A DNA stretch of 27,337 nt, taken from positions 1 through 27,337 of IMG/VR virus record IMGVR_UViG_3300049021_000015. One strand, given 5' to 3'. The notes below the pieces were generated by a model. The model had not been told where the DNA came from. It did not search any database and was given only the letters and a program-made list of their open reading frames with translations. This DNA is from a virus (lineage: Duplodnaviria > Caudoviricetes). Shown in pieces: positions 8,364-16,894 of the stretch (position 1 is the stretch's first letter; the number at the start of each line of letters is the position of its first letter). The translations under genes were made by a program, and so were the position numbers.

Positions 8364-8768
8364 TCAGGACCAGGTAGGCGTCGCACCGTCGGCGAGCACT
8401 CCGGGCGCCGACCACGTGAACTCGCCGGACGCGGCGCGGGCCAGGGCGTAGTCGGTGAAGACACACTCGTTGGACAGCGTCTGCGAGGCGATGCCCAGCG
8501 CCACGGTGCGGGTCGCGTCCGAGGAGGAGACGGTCTTGAACACCCCGTGCGACGTCGAGGCGTTGAAGACGCCCTTGAGGTTGATCGAGAAGTCGCTCAG
8601 CAGAAGCAGACGCTCGATCGCGGACTTGTCGACGCCCGTGATGTCCTGAACGCCCCGAGGTGTGGCGAAATCGAACTCGGTCACGTCATTGCGGATGTCG
8701 GTGTTGCTGGAACCGCCGGAGTTGTCCACGGTGAGCGTGGTCCAGCCCTTGCCGGAGATCTTTGCCAT
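8364..8768 (-). CDS. Tail tube-like protein (134 aa)
   Basis: Immediately upstream of the chaperone; DITGVDKSAIERLLLLSD motif shared with 9200..9946. Confidence 0.7.
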   Translation of the reverse strand: MAKISGKGWTTLTVDNSGGSSNTDIRNDVTEFDFATPRGVQDITGVDKSAIERLLLLSDFSINLKGVFNASTSHGVFKTVSSSDATRTVALGIASQTLSNECVFTDYALARAASGEFTWSAPGVLADGATPTWS

Positions 8769-8771
8769 GGG

Positions 8772-9200
8772 TCAGCCCTCCTTCAGGGCGTCGGAGATCT
8801 TGTCGGTGTGCTCGTGGAGGTCTTCGAGCCAGTCCTCCGCGCGCGTGTGGATCCGGCTCGCGCCGGTGGGGTTGCCCCGCAGGTCGCCGCCCCGGACGAG
8901 GTACATCTCCGGGCGCTCGACGCGAGTGCGGTGGCGGGAGTTCTGGAAGCACTTCTGACCGGCTTCGTAGACCAGCCAGGTCAGCCCCTCGGCCTCCTGC
9001 TCGATGCGGTACTTCCGGCCACTGCTCAGAGCCGTGTGGCGGAGGTTCTCGGGGATGCCCTCCAGGTGGACCTTCCAGCCGAACCGGTAGTCCGGGCAGT
9101 CCACTTCCTCGCAGGTGGCCGGGCGGAAGTGCGTCGAGAGCGGGGCCTTGATCGAGTACGTCTGGTAGGCCGCTGCCGGACCGATGGGCTGACGCATCAT
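8772..9200 (-). CDS. Hypothetical tail-region protein (142 aa, Cys/His motifs)
   Basis: Tightly packed between two tube-like genes; CEEVDC and CFQNSRH. Confidence 0.75.
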   Translation of the reverse strand: MMRQPIGPAAAYQTYSIKAPLSTHFRPATCEEVDCPDYRFGWKVHLEGIPENLRHTALSSGRKYRIEQEAEGLTWLVYEAGQKCFQNSRHRTRVERPEMYLVRGGDLRGNPTGASRIHTRAEDWLEDLHEHTDKISDALKEG

Positions 9201-9946
9201 CAGAACACCACCCCTGCCGTCTCGTTCTTGTTCATGGCCACCACGAAGGAGACGGAGGTGACTCCGCCCGAGGTCACCGTCACGGCACGGACGTACCGGC
9301 GAATGGTCGCGGTGTTGGACAGGGCGATCCGCTCGAACGTCGGGGCCGATGTGATCTGGGTGAAGCTGCCGCCGGTGACGTCGGCCCAGTTCGAGTTGTC
9401 GGCGGAGTCCTGGATCTTCACGGTCACGTCCGTGCCGTCGAAGTCAGTGCACTGGAGGTAGAACTGGCCGCCGAAGCTGGCCGAGGCCCCCGTGTCCAGG
9501 CTGGAGCCGTTGGTCGCGGCGGTGTCCGTACGCAGGCCCGCCGTGAGCTGCTGGCACCACTCCAGGCCGTAGGCGTTGCCCTGGGCCTGCACCTTGAAGG
9601 TGAACCCGGCGTCTGCCGCGCGGGATCCGTCGTAGTTGAGCTGCTTGGCCACCAGGCACGCGGCGGGGTTTCCGATCACGCTCTTGTGGCAGTACATGAC
9701 GTGCGTGTCCGTCTCCGGAAGCACGGAGAGCACCGGGTGGGCCTGACCGGCGGACGTGTTGAAGAACGTCGTCACATCGATCATGCCGTCACGCAGGCCG
9801 AGGATCCGCTCGTACGCCGACTTGTTGATCCCCGTGACGTCGAGCGTCGCCACCGGTGACGAGATGTTGTCGACTGACTGGATGTCTCCCGACAGCTGGT
9901 AACCGCCGATGAAGAGTTCCGATGCCAGGCCGTTGGACTTCGCCAT
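9200..9946 (-). CDS. Tail tube-like protein with C-terminal beta-sandwich extension (248 aa)
   Basis: DVTGINKSAYERILGLRD motif; AAGGAG RBS; follows the terminator-like gene. Confidence 0.7.
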   Translation of the reverse strand: MAKSNGLASELFIGGYQLSGDIQSVDNISSPVATLDVTGINKSAYERILGLRDGMIDVTTFFNTSAGQAHPVLSVLPETDTHVMYCHKSVIGNPAACLVAKQLNYDGSRAADAGFTFKVQAQGNAYGLEWCQQLTAGLRTDTAATNGSSLDTGASASFGGQFYLQCTDFDGTDVTVKIQDSADNSNWADVTGGSFTQITSAPTFERIALSNTATIRRYVRAVTVTSGGVTSVSFVVAMNKNETAGVVF

Positions 9947-9960
9947 GATTCACACTCCTT

Positions 9961-10419
9961 TCAGGCGGTCTGTGTGTAGACGTCGGAGATGATGATCGGC
10001 AGGGTCATGACAACCACACGGAACAGAGAGCTGTCCTGGCTGAGATAGCCGCCCTCCGCCCCCAGCGGGTCACCGTGAGCCCCCAGCAGGTCGACGTCCA
10101 TGACCGTGCCGCCGAGCTGGAAGTCGCCCGTGTACGCCTCCATGAGCTTGCTGGTGGCGTCGAGCAGCCTCTTGTCGATCTCGTCCTCGGGCTGAGACTT
10201 GAAGTTCTCGTAGATCCGGATGGACAGCTCCAGCCGCAGCGACGTCGCCGCGAGTCCCGAGACCTCGGCGATGGGGTTCAGTGACGCCAGCCAGATCGAG
10301 CACGTCAGACCGTCGCCCGGCGCCGCCTTCGGCTCGTGGGTGAGCACCTGGTTGAAGATGCCGAGCCGCTTGGCGTGGCTGACGACCTGTGCGTAGATCT
10401 CGGAGACGGCAAGGCTCAT
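9961..10419 (-). CDS. Probable tail terminator/completion protein
   Basis: 152 aa, HEPKAAPG and DFQLGG patterns, canonical position. Confidence 0.65.
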   Translation of the reverse strand: MSLAVSEIYAQVVSHAKRLGIFNQVLTHEPKAAPGDGLTCSIWLASLNPIAEVSGLAATSLRLELSIRIYENFKSQPEDEIDKRLLDATSKLMEAYTGDFQLGGTVMDVDLLGAHGDPLGAEGGYLSQDSSLFRVVVMTLPIIISDVYTQTA

Positions 10420-10793
10420 GACGCCCTCCGCAGGTAGCGGGGCATGATGCGCTGGGCGATGGCTCCGGACCGCTTCTCCAGATCCTGCTGGGCCAGCCTC
10501 CAGTGCCGGTAGCCCTTGAACCGCGTCGACCGGTTCCGCGAGGACGCGCCCGCCAGCCAGGGCCCGTACACCACGCCGGAGTCGGTGACCTGGTGGGCGG
10601 TGCCCCGCTGCTCGACCCGGACGTTGGAGACGTAGTAGCCCGTGGGGTGGCGCAGGAACCGGTCGAGGTAGTGGACGACGAGGCGGCGGCCTTCGTCGGC
10701 CAGCTCGGCGTCCAGCTCCTCGGCGTAGTTGGCCATCGCCCGCTTAGCGCCCCCGTCGAAGAGGGGACCGCTGGCCTTGTAGGACTCGGCCAT
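10416..10793 (-). CDS. Neck/tail completion protein (HK97 gp10-like, 125 aa)
   Basis: Start reassigned to ATG 10793 (MAESYKASGPLFDG); basic protein with VYGPWL...FKGYRHWR. Confidence 0.7.
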   Translation of the reverse strand: MAESYKASGPLFDGGAKRAMANYAEELDAELADEGRRLVVHYLDRFLRHPTGYYVSNVRVEQRGTAHQVTDSGVVYGPWLAGASSRNRSTRFKGYRHWRLAQQDLEKRSGAIAQRIMPRYLRRAS

Positions 10794-11839
10794 CACACCG
10801 CCCCCGTCCTGGCCTTGCGGCCGTGAGAGCGCCGTACGGACAGCCGCAAGGACTCCAGGCCCAGAACCTTCGCCTCGGCCTCGTTGTCCCCGGAGCCAGC
10901 CGTACGGGCGTATCCGGAGCGCGCCTGGAGGAGGTCGTTCATCGCCTCCGCCATGGCCAGCTCGCGCACCGGGCCCGGCACGTCCCACCGGTACACCGTG
11001 GCCCCGGAGTTGTGCGCGGCGGCCGTGGTGCCCAGGGCGCCCCGTGTGACGGTGAGGGTGCGGTAGCCGTAGATGGTCGACCCGGAGTGCGTGGCGAGCA
11101 CGCTGCCGTCCCAGGCCCGGATCACGGTCAGGTTGTTGCCCGCGATGTCGACGATCTTCATGCGCTCGCTGTCGAGCAGGATGACCTCGCCGACCGCGAA
11201 GGAGGAGCCGGTGGTGACCGCGACGGTGACGCTGTTCTCGACGGCGGTCATGTCGGACTGGAGTGTCTGGCCGGTGGTGAGCGTCGAGCGCTCGGTGACC
11301 AGCATGCGCTCCGAGTCCACCTTCAGGACGCTGCCGACGCCTACGAGAGCCGCTGTGGGGCCGTCTACGTCCACGCCCGTCTCGGAGCTGTCCAGAGTCT
11401 CGGCGGTGAGCCCTGCGGCCGTCTCGTCGGCCGTGTAGCCCCACAGGCCGGTCACGGCGACGGCCCGCTGGTGGGTGCCTCCGCTGGCGAAGGCGGCCGA
11501 GGAGTCGAGGTCCATCTCGATGCGGTCGTACGGCGGGCCGGAGTTCACCGGCTCCAGGAAGTAGTCGGACGCCGAGATCGTGGTGCCCCCGGATGACAAC
11601 GTTGTCGCGGAGATCAGCTCGTTCTCGTCCAGCCACAGGCGCCAGGCGCGGGCGTACTGCTGGTTGGGCCAGTCGAAGTACCGGGTGGCCAGGACGGGCG
11701 CGAAGGTGCGGTGGAGGTAGCCCTCAACGGCGCGAGAGGCAGCCTCGATCGCGCGGTCGATCTGCGCGTGGTTACGCGCGCTCTCCTTTGAGTCCAGGGC
11801 TGACTTGACGTCGTCCCTGGTGCAGTACCAGACGCCCAT
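10793..11839 (-). CDS. Head-tail adaptor (gp6/gp15-like) with inserted beta domains (348 aa)
   Basis: Start reassigned to ATG 11839 (MGVWYCTRDDVK); IEAASRAVEGYLHRTF, VTGLWGY, VPGPVRELA adaptor motifs. Confidence 0.75.
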   Translation of the reverse strand: MGVWYCTRDDVKSALDSKESARNHAQIDRAIEAASRAVEGYLHRTFAPVLATRYFDWPNQQYARAWRLWLDENELISATTLSSGGTTISASDYFLEPVNSGPPYDRIEMDLDSSAAFASGGTHQRAVAVTGLWGYTADETAAGLTAETLDSSETGVDVDGPTAALVGVGSVLKVDSERMLVTERSTLTTGQTLQSDMTAVENSVTVAVTTGSSFAVGEVILLDSERMKIVDIAGNNLTVIRAWDGSVLATHSGSTIYGYRTLTVTRGALGTTAAAHNSGATVYRWDVPGPVRELAMAEAMNDLLQARSGYARTAGSGDNEAEAKVLGLESLRLSVRRSHGRKARTGAV

Positions 11840-11901
11840 CCTGTGCCCTTGCTTTCTTGGCCGTACGCCCCGAATGAGACGTAGGGAGTGGGAAGTGTGA
11901 A

Positions 11902-11926
11902 GTTGTCGTGCTCGCGTCAAGTGTAC
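11902..11926 (-). promoter_or_regulatory. Candidate late promoter/activator motif, copy 2
   Basis: GTACACTTGACGCGAGCACGACAAC, 19/25 identical to the motif upstream of terS. Confidence 0.5.
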
Positions 11927-11954
11927 GGGCGCTAGCGTCCATCTGCTAGCGCCC
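11927..11954 (-). terminator. Stem-loop ending the head gene block
   Basis: GGGCGCTAGC / GCTAGCGCCC perfect 10-bp stem directly after 11962..12306; no U-tract. Confidence 0.55.
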
Positions 11955-11961
11955 ACCGACG

Positions 11962-12306
11962 TCAGTCAGAGAACGCGTCCGTCTCGGGGCCATCGGTAGT
12001 CACCGAGCTTGCAGAAGAGGACGCCTCGCGGGCCTTCTTGGAGCGGCTCCCCGTCGAACGGGCAGGCTTCGGGCGCGTGGTCTCGCTCGTCTCGGGCGTA
12101 CTGGACGGCTTCTTCGTAGATGCTGAGGAGGGATTCCCAGGCCATTCAGGCTCCTCCTTCTCCTTCTCCACGGGTGCGTGCGTCGCCCCGTTGGCGACAG
12201 TGATCTTCGGCATTCCGCTCTCCTCGCGGTGGTCGGATCCGCAGCCTGGGCATGCCTGGAGGTCCCAGGCGTATCGCGTGGAACACTCCAGGCACTCCCA
12301 CAACAT
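11962..12306 (-). CDS. Small protein with N-terminal CxxC-CxxC zinc ribbon and a Ser/Thr/Lys-rich tail
   Basis: CLEC...CPGC; AAGGAG RBS; fills the operon gap. Confidence 0.65.
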   Translation of the reverse strand: MLWECLECSTRYAWDLQACPGCGSDHREESGMPKITVANGATHAPVEKEKEEPEWPGNPSSASTKKPSSTPETSETTRPKPARSTGSRSKKAREASSSASSVTTDGPETDAFSD

Positions 12307-12315
12307 GACGGCTCC

Positions 12316-12777
12316 TTACGCCGCGACGAGGGTCGCGCCATCGGTCAGCGGGATCCACGTGACGTAGATCGTGACCGCGCCGTCCACCGAAGAGGCGCCG
12401 ACGAGTTCGACGGTGCCCGTGGTGACGACCGCGTTCAGATCGGTACGGCCGCCGCGCAGGAACTTCGACGCCGCCGTGGTGCCACGGTCGAGGCCGACGA
12501 CCGAACCGGCCGCAGTGTCGGTCGTACCCAGGTCGGTCGCCGTGACGATGACCTGGGTGTCGCCGGTGGTGGGGTTGCCCTGAACGGCGAGCGTGCCACC
12601 GGCCGCCGCGATGGTCGTGGTGACCTTCAGCCACAGGGAGGTGATGAGGACATCGCCTCCCGCCACGGTGAAGCAGGTGATGGTCGGGTCGCCGGAGATG
12701 GCGCCCGAAGCCTTGGAGACGGGTCCCTGGCCGAGAGCGATCTGCCGGAGCTGGGAGCCCTGGATCATGGTGGTCAC
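12316..12777 (-). CDS. Hypothetical virion protein (possible head decoration, 153 aa)
   Basis: AGGAG RBS, beta-rich T/G/V composition, downstream of the capsid gene. Confidence 0.75.
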   Translation of the reverse strand: MTTMIQGSQLRQIALGQGPVSKASGAISGDPTITCFTVAGGDVLITSLWLKVTTTIAAAGGTLAVQGNPTTGDTQVIVTATDLGTTDTAAGSVVGLDRGTTAASKFLRGGRTDLNAVVTTGTVELVGASSVDGAVTIYVTWIPLTDGATLVAA

Positions 12778-12789
12778 ATCGGGCTCCTA

Positions 12790-13227
12790 TCAGGCAACGA
12801 TGTTGCTGGCGAGGTTGGACGGCTTCCGCTGGACGTTGAGGTCGTGGACGAAGGCCATGCAGATACCGCCGTCGACGGTGACCTCGACGCAGTTGAAGCC
12901 CGCCGAGAGCTGGTCACCGCGCACGGTGAAGACCATGGAGTCGTTGGTCGCGTCGTCGCCCGACACACCGAGGTCGAGGGTGTCGTCCTGCTCGGCCATC
13001 GCCGTCCAGGTGCCACCGACGCCAGGGGCCTTGTGCGGGTAGACGTTGCAGTCCAGCGCCTGCTCGGAGGCTCCGGAGATGGACTCCTTGATGGTGGCGA
13101 TCGTCGAGCCGTCGTCCTCGTAGGTGACGAACGAGACGGCCTCGGCACGCGTGAGCGGGATGTGAACCCCGGACGCCGCCGCGATGACGTTGAAGACCCG
13201 GCCGAGACCGGCTCCTGCTGCGGACAT
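12790..13227 (-). CDS. Hypothetical virion protein (possible capsid cement, 145 aa)
   Basis: AAGGAGG RBS; first gene after the major capsid protein. Confidence 0.75.
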   Translation of the reverse strand: MSAAGAGLGRVFNVIAAASGVHIPLTRAEAVSFVTYEDDGSTIATIKESISGASEQALDCNVYPHKAPGVGGTWTAMAEQDDTLDLGVSGDDATNDSMVFTVRGDQLSAGFNCVEVTVDGGICMAFVHDLNVQRKPSNLASNIVA

Positions 13228-13306
13228 GGTGCCCTCCTTGAGGGGGTTGATTGCCTCTGCGGATGACCGGGGGCGGGGGGTTTATTGCCCGCCCCCGGCG
13301 GCGACG

Positions 13307-14677
13307 TCAGGCCCGCTCGCCGAGCTTCACGAAGGGGCTGAGCGTGGCGGTCGAACCGTTGGCCGGAGTCAGGGCCGACTGGAGCCACGGACGCCCGTCC
13401 ACGCGCTGGATCACGCGGAACGCGATCTCGTCGTTGGCGAAGCGGACGTGCTCCGAGGTGGACGCCTGCATGATCTGGCGGTCACCGACCAGGTACTGCG
13501 AGAGGTCCACGAAGTTGATGTCGCCCGCGTCGCCGAGCTTCGGGGCCTTCTCCGTGAACAGGACCGGACGGCCCAGGATGGTCATGGGCGGACCCGACTG
13601 ACCGTTGTTCAGCCAGATCGCCGAACCGCCGGTACCCACCGAGAGCGCCATCGTGGCCAGCTCCGGGAAGGTGTCGTGCGAGGCGACCCAGACCGCGCTA
13701 CCCAGGGAGCTGGGCAGCATCCGGCTGTACATCTTGACGATGTTCTCCCACACGATCGTGTCGGCGGGCTGGCCGGACTCCTTGGTGACGGAGACCGAGG
13801 CGGAGGCGTTCAGCCAGCCGAGCGGCTCACCGGTGCCCGAGCCGTTCATGAACGCGTCGTCCTCGAACCAGCTGAGCGCCTGCGGGAGCTTGCTGGTGAG
13901 GAAGCCGGAGAACGCCGAGCCGTCCTGGAGCAGCTCCGAGGAGGCGACCGCGTACGCGGTGAGCTTCTTCGCGTCGAGGACGACGCGGGAGAAGGACGCC
14001 ACGGACTCCGACAGCGCACCGGCCTCTTCGGTCCAGTAGCAGATCACGCCGCCGAAGACGCTGGAGGCGTGCGAGGTGTCGTCCACGGTCGGGATCGGGA
14101 CCCGGCCGTTCTCCATCGCGATGACCGTGGCGCGCGGGCGGGTGATGCCCGTCTCCAGGGAGAGCGCGAGCAGCTCGGCACGGAGCACCTCGGGAACGAG
14201 GAAGCCACCGTCGGACGGGATGGTCGTGCCGTACGAGTTCTTGATCTTGGTGGCCTTGGCCGCCTTGGCGGTCAGCTCCTCACCGTTCCGCAGCTGGGCG
14301 CGCTGCGGGTAGACCATCTGCATGAACTCGGTGAGGTCCGAGAACTCCTCGTCCATGGCCGCACCGGGGGCCTTGGCGTTGTACAGCGTCTTGCCCTGCG
14401 TGGCACCGCCGCGCTGGGAGCGGAGCGTCATGTTGAGGCGCTTGATGTCGTTGGACACCTTGCCCTTGTCGCCGGTGAGCATCTCGGCGAGCGCCAGCTG
14501 GGTCTGCTCCTTGACCTGCTCGCCCAGCTCCTTGTCCTTGTTCATGACGGTACGGGCGTAGTTCTGGAGGAACGTCTTGCGGCCCTCCGGGTCGGCCCAG
14601 ATCTTGTTGACACGCTCGGTGTCACCCAGAAGCTCTTCCAGTTCCGACGCGTTGGTCGGAATGACGATCTTCGTCAC
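13307..14677 (-). CDS. Major capsid protein, HK97 fold
   Basis: SDGGFLVPE, WTEEA, AKKL, SELLQD, GSGTGEPLG, ILGRPV, RVDGRP motifs. Confidence 0.95.
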   Translation of the reverse strand: MTKIVIPTNASELEELLGDTERVNKIWADPEGRKTFLQNYARTVMNKDKELGEQVKEQTQLALAEMLTGDKGKVSNDIKRLNMTLRSQRGGATQGKTLYNAKAPGAAMDEEFSDLTEFMQMVYPQRAQLRNGEELTAKAAKATKIKNSYGTTIPSDGGFLVPEVLRAELLALSLETGITRPRATVIAMENGRVPIPTVDDTSHASSVFGGVICYWTEEAGALSESVASFSRVVLDAKKLTAYAVASSELLQDGSAFSGFLTSKLPQALSWFEDDAFMNGSGTGEPLGWLNASASVSVTKESGQPADTIVWENIVKMYSRMLPSSLGSAVWVASHDTFPELATMALSVGTGGSAIWLNNGQSGPPMTILGRPVLFTEKAPKLGDAGDINFVDLSQYLVGDRQIMQASTSEHVRFANDEIAFRVIQRVDGRPWLQSALTPANGSTATLSPFVKLGERA

Positions 14678-15423
14678 GCGTGCACTCCTTCCAGTGCGTC
14701 AGCAGCCGCAGCCGCCATGTCCCGGCGGAACTCGTCGGGGTCGAATGCGAAACCGGGCTCCTCGACGGGCTCCGGCTCCGGCTCTGTGGGGGCGACGTTG
14801 TCGGCCTCGGATGTCGAGTTCATGACAACGTTGTCGTTGCGCGCCGTGATGTCGCCGAGAACTTCGTCGGCGAGCCCCGCGTCCACGGCCTCCTGGGCGC
14901 TGTACCAGGTCTCCGCCTGCATGACGGCCCGCCAGTCCTGCGGCGTGCCGCCCGCCTTGTCGGAGTAGATCGAGGCGATGTTGTCGCTGGTCTTGTCCAG
15001 CAGGTCGGCCAGGTCCCGGAGGGTCTTGGCATCACCCATCGCCATACCGGCCGCGTCGTGGATCATCATCGTGGCGTTCTTCGCCATGACGACCCGGTCG
15101 GCGCCCATCGCGATCACGCTGGCGATCGAGGCCGCCAGGCTGTCGACGTACGCCGTCACGCCGCCGCGCTGCTTGAGGGCCTGATAGATGGCCACACCCT
15201 CGAACACCTCGCCGCCTTCGGACGAGATGTGCAGGTCGATCGGTCCCTCGATGGCCGACAGCTCCATGAGGAAGTCGCGGGCGTAGACGCCCCAGCCGCC
15301 GATCTCGTCGTACAGCATGACCTGCGTCGTCGCGCTGGCCTCGGCCTTGTTCTTGATCTCGTACCAGGAACGGGCGCCCTTGGACTGGAGGTTGCGGATG
15401 TCCCTGGCGGTCCATGCCTTCAT
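14674..15423 (-). CDS. Head maturation protease, ClpP family
   Basis: ISSEGGEVFEG, LAASIASVIAMG, MMIHD, ETWYSAQEAVDAGLAD. Confidence 0.95.
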   Translation of the reverse strand: MKAWTARDIRNLQSKGARSWYEIKNKAEASATTQVMLYDEIGGWGVYARDFLMELSAIEGPIDLHISSEGGEVFEGVAIYQALKQRGGVTAYVDSLAASIASVIAMGADRVVMAKNATMMIHDAAGMAMGDAKTLRDLADLLDKTSDNIASIYSDKAGGTPQDWRAVMQAETWYSAQEAVDAGLADEVLGDITARNDNVVMNSTSEADNVAPTEPEPEPVEEPGFAFDPDEFRRDMAAAAADALEGVHA

Positions 15424-16691
15424 GCGGCCACCTCCTCGGGGACCGTCGGGTCTGTCGTGGGCATGACAACCGGAGACGCCGAGGGCTCCGGCTTCTTGAA
15501 CTCCATGGGGGGCAGGCCCAACAGCTGGCAGGCGACCTCGGTGTCGGCACCAGCGGCGACCAGGGCGACGATCGCGTTGACCTTGGCGGTCAGCTCATTC
15601 ACGTCGGCCTGCCGGTCGTCGGGCACAGGCGAGCAGTAGTCGAACTCCACACCCTCGCCGGTCGACCCGAACATCGGCAGGAACTCGTTGTTCAGCACCG
15701 ACTTGATCCGCTCCAGCAGCGACACCAGGATCCACCGGGCGAACATGTACTCGCCCGCCTCGGCGTTGGCCCGGTTGACGTTCTCCGAGGTGCCGAGCAT
15801 CGCCTTCGGGAAGCCGAAGGCCTCACGGATCTGCTCGCTGTTGAGTTGGCTCATCTCGGCGAACTGCATGTCCCGGTGGACGGCCTGACGCTCCACCCAG
15901 TCCATGTCCTCGCCTTCGAGGATGGCCACGCGGTGGGCGTTGTCGGGGCCCTTGTGCTGCTCGTTCCACCGGAACTGGAGGCGCCGGTATTCGTCGTCGT
16001 CGAGGTCACGGGCGACCTTGATGATGCCGCCCGGCTCCGCCGAGTTGAGGAAGTACGCGCGGTTCCACTCATCCGAGAAGCGCACCGAGTCGATCTTCGC
16101 GAGCACGGACTGGACCGGCCCGACCCCCCGGTACTCGGACAGGGGGTCAGGTCGGCGGCTGAAAATGACCTCATCCGTGCCCAGGCGGACCCGCTGGCCG
16201 TCGGGCGCACGGTACTCGTAGCCCGAGATGTAGGTGTCCGCGCTCTCCAGGATCGTCATGCGGTCCGGGCGGACCGGCCAGATCTCCGTGGGCGCAGCGA
16301 ATCCGGACGGGCGGGGCAGATGCCACCAGCCCTCACCCACCAGGAACATGTGCTGGGCGTAGACCTCGACCAGCTCCTGCTGCGTGTAGAACGGGTTCGG
16401 CTTGTTCCACACCTTCAGCGCCAGGTGCTGGGTGACCTCGACCCGGTCGTCCATGCCCTCGTACGCGTACGTGCGGCGGCCGTCCGTCCGCTTGCGGAAG
16501 AGCTGCCAGCGGACGGTCGAGGCGGCCTCGGCGGTGCGGTTGACGATGGCGAAGACGGTGCCGACGTTCTTCATCGCCGTCAGCCCGGCGACCGTCCCGA
16601 TGGGCGCGGGGGCCGGGTAGTTGCCGATCGTCATCCGGGAGAAGGGCAGAGGCTCGGACCGGTTGAGGAGAGCGCTGAGGAGACTGGTCAC
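15420..16691 (-). CDS. Portal protein, HK97 family
   Basis: PNPFYT, LVGEGWW, VRPDRM, FLNSAEPGG, DMQFAE, AFGFP...LG...NRAN. Confidence 0.95.
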   Translation of the reverse strand: MTSLLSALLNRSEPLPFSRMTIGNYPAPAPIGTVAGLTAMKNVGTVFAIVNRTAEAASTVRWQLFRKRTDGRRTYAYEGMDDRVEVTQHLALKVWNKPNPFYTQQELVEVYAQHMFLVGEGWWHLPRPSGFAAPTEIWPVRPDRMTILESADTYISGYEYRAPDGQRVRLGTDEVIFSRRPDPLSEYRGVGPVQSVLAKIDSVRFSDEWNRAYFLNSAEPGGIIKVARDLDDDEYRRLQFRWNEQHKGPDNAHRVAILEGEDMDWVERQAVHRDMQFAEMSQLNSEQIREAFGFPKAMLGTSENVNRANAEAGEYMFARWILVSLLERIKSVLNNEFLPMFGSTGEGVEFDYCSPVPDDRQADVNELTAKVNAIVALVAAGADTEVACQLLGLPPMEFKKPEPSASPVVMPTTDPTVPEEVAA

Positions 16692-16894
16692 CTACGCCCT
16701 CCTTTGGTCAGGGTCATGTCAATTGCCCGGTCCAACAGTAGCAGCGAAAATCCTCCGACGATATACCCCAGGGGCAGGAGGAACAAGGCCACCCCCCAGG
16801 TAATCGCCGCAAGACCTACGGCCGAGAGCCACATCGACGCAAAGACTTTCAGGTACGCCTGCACCCCATCGGGCAGCGCCTTCCACATCTTCAT
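16688..16894 (-). CDS. Small membrane protein between terminase and portal (68 aa)
   Basis: Start reassigned to ATG 16894 (TGATG overlap with terL); two hydrophobic segments. Confidence 0.7.
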   Translation of the reverse strand: MKMWKALPDGVQAYLKVFASMWLSAVGLAAITWGVALFLLPLGYIVGGFSLLLLDRAIDMTLTKGGRR

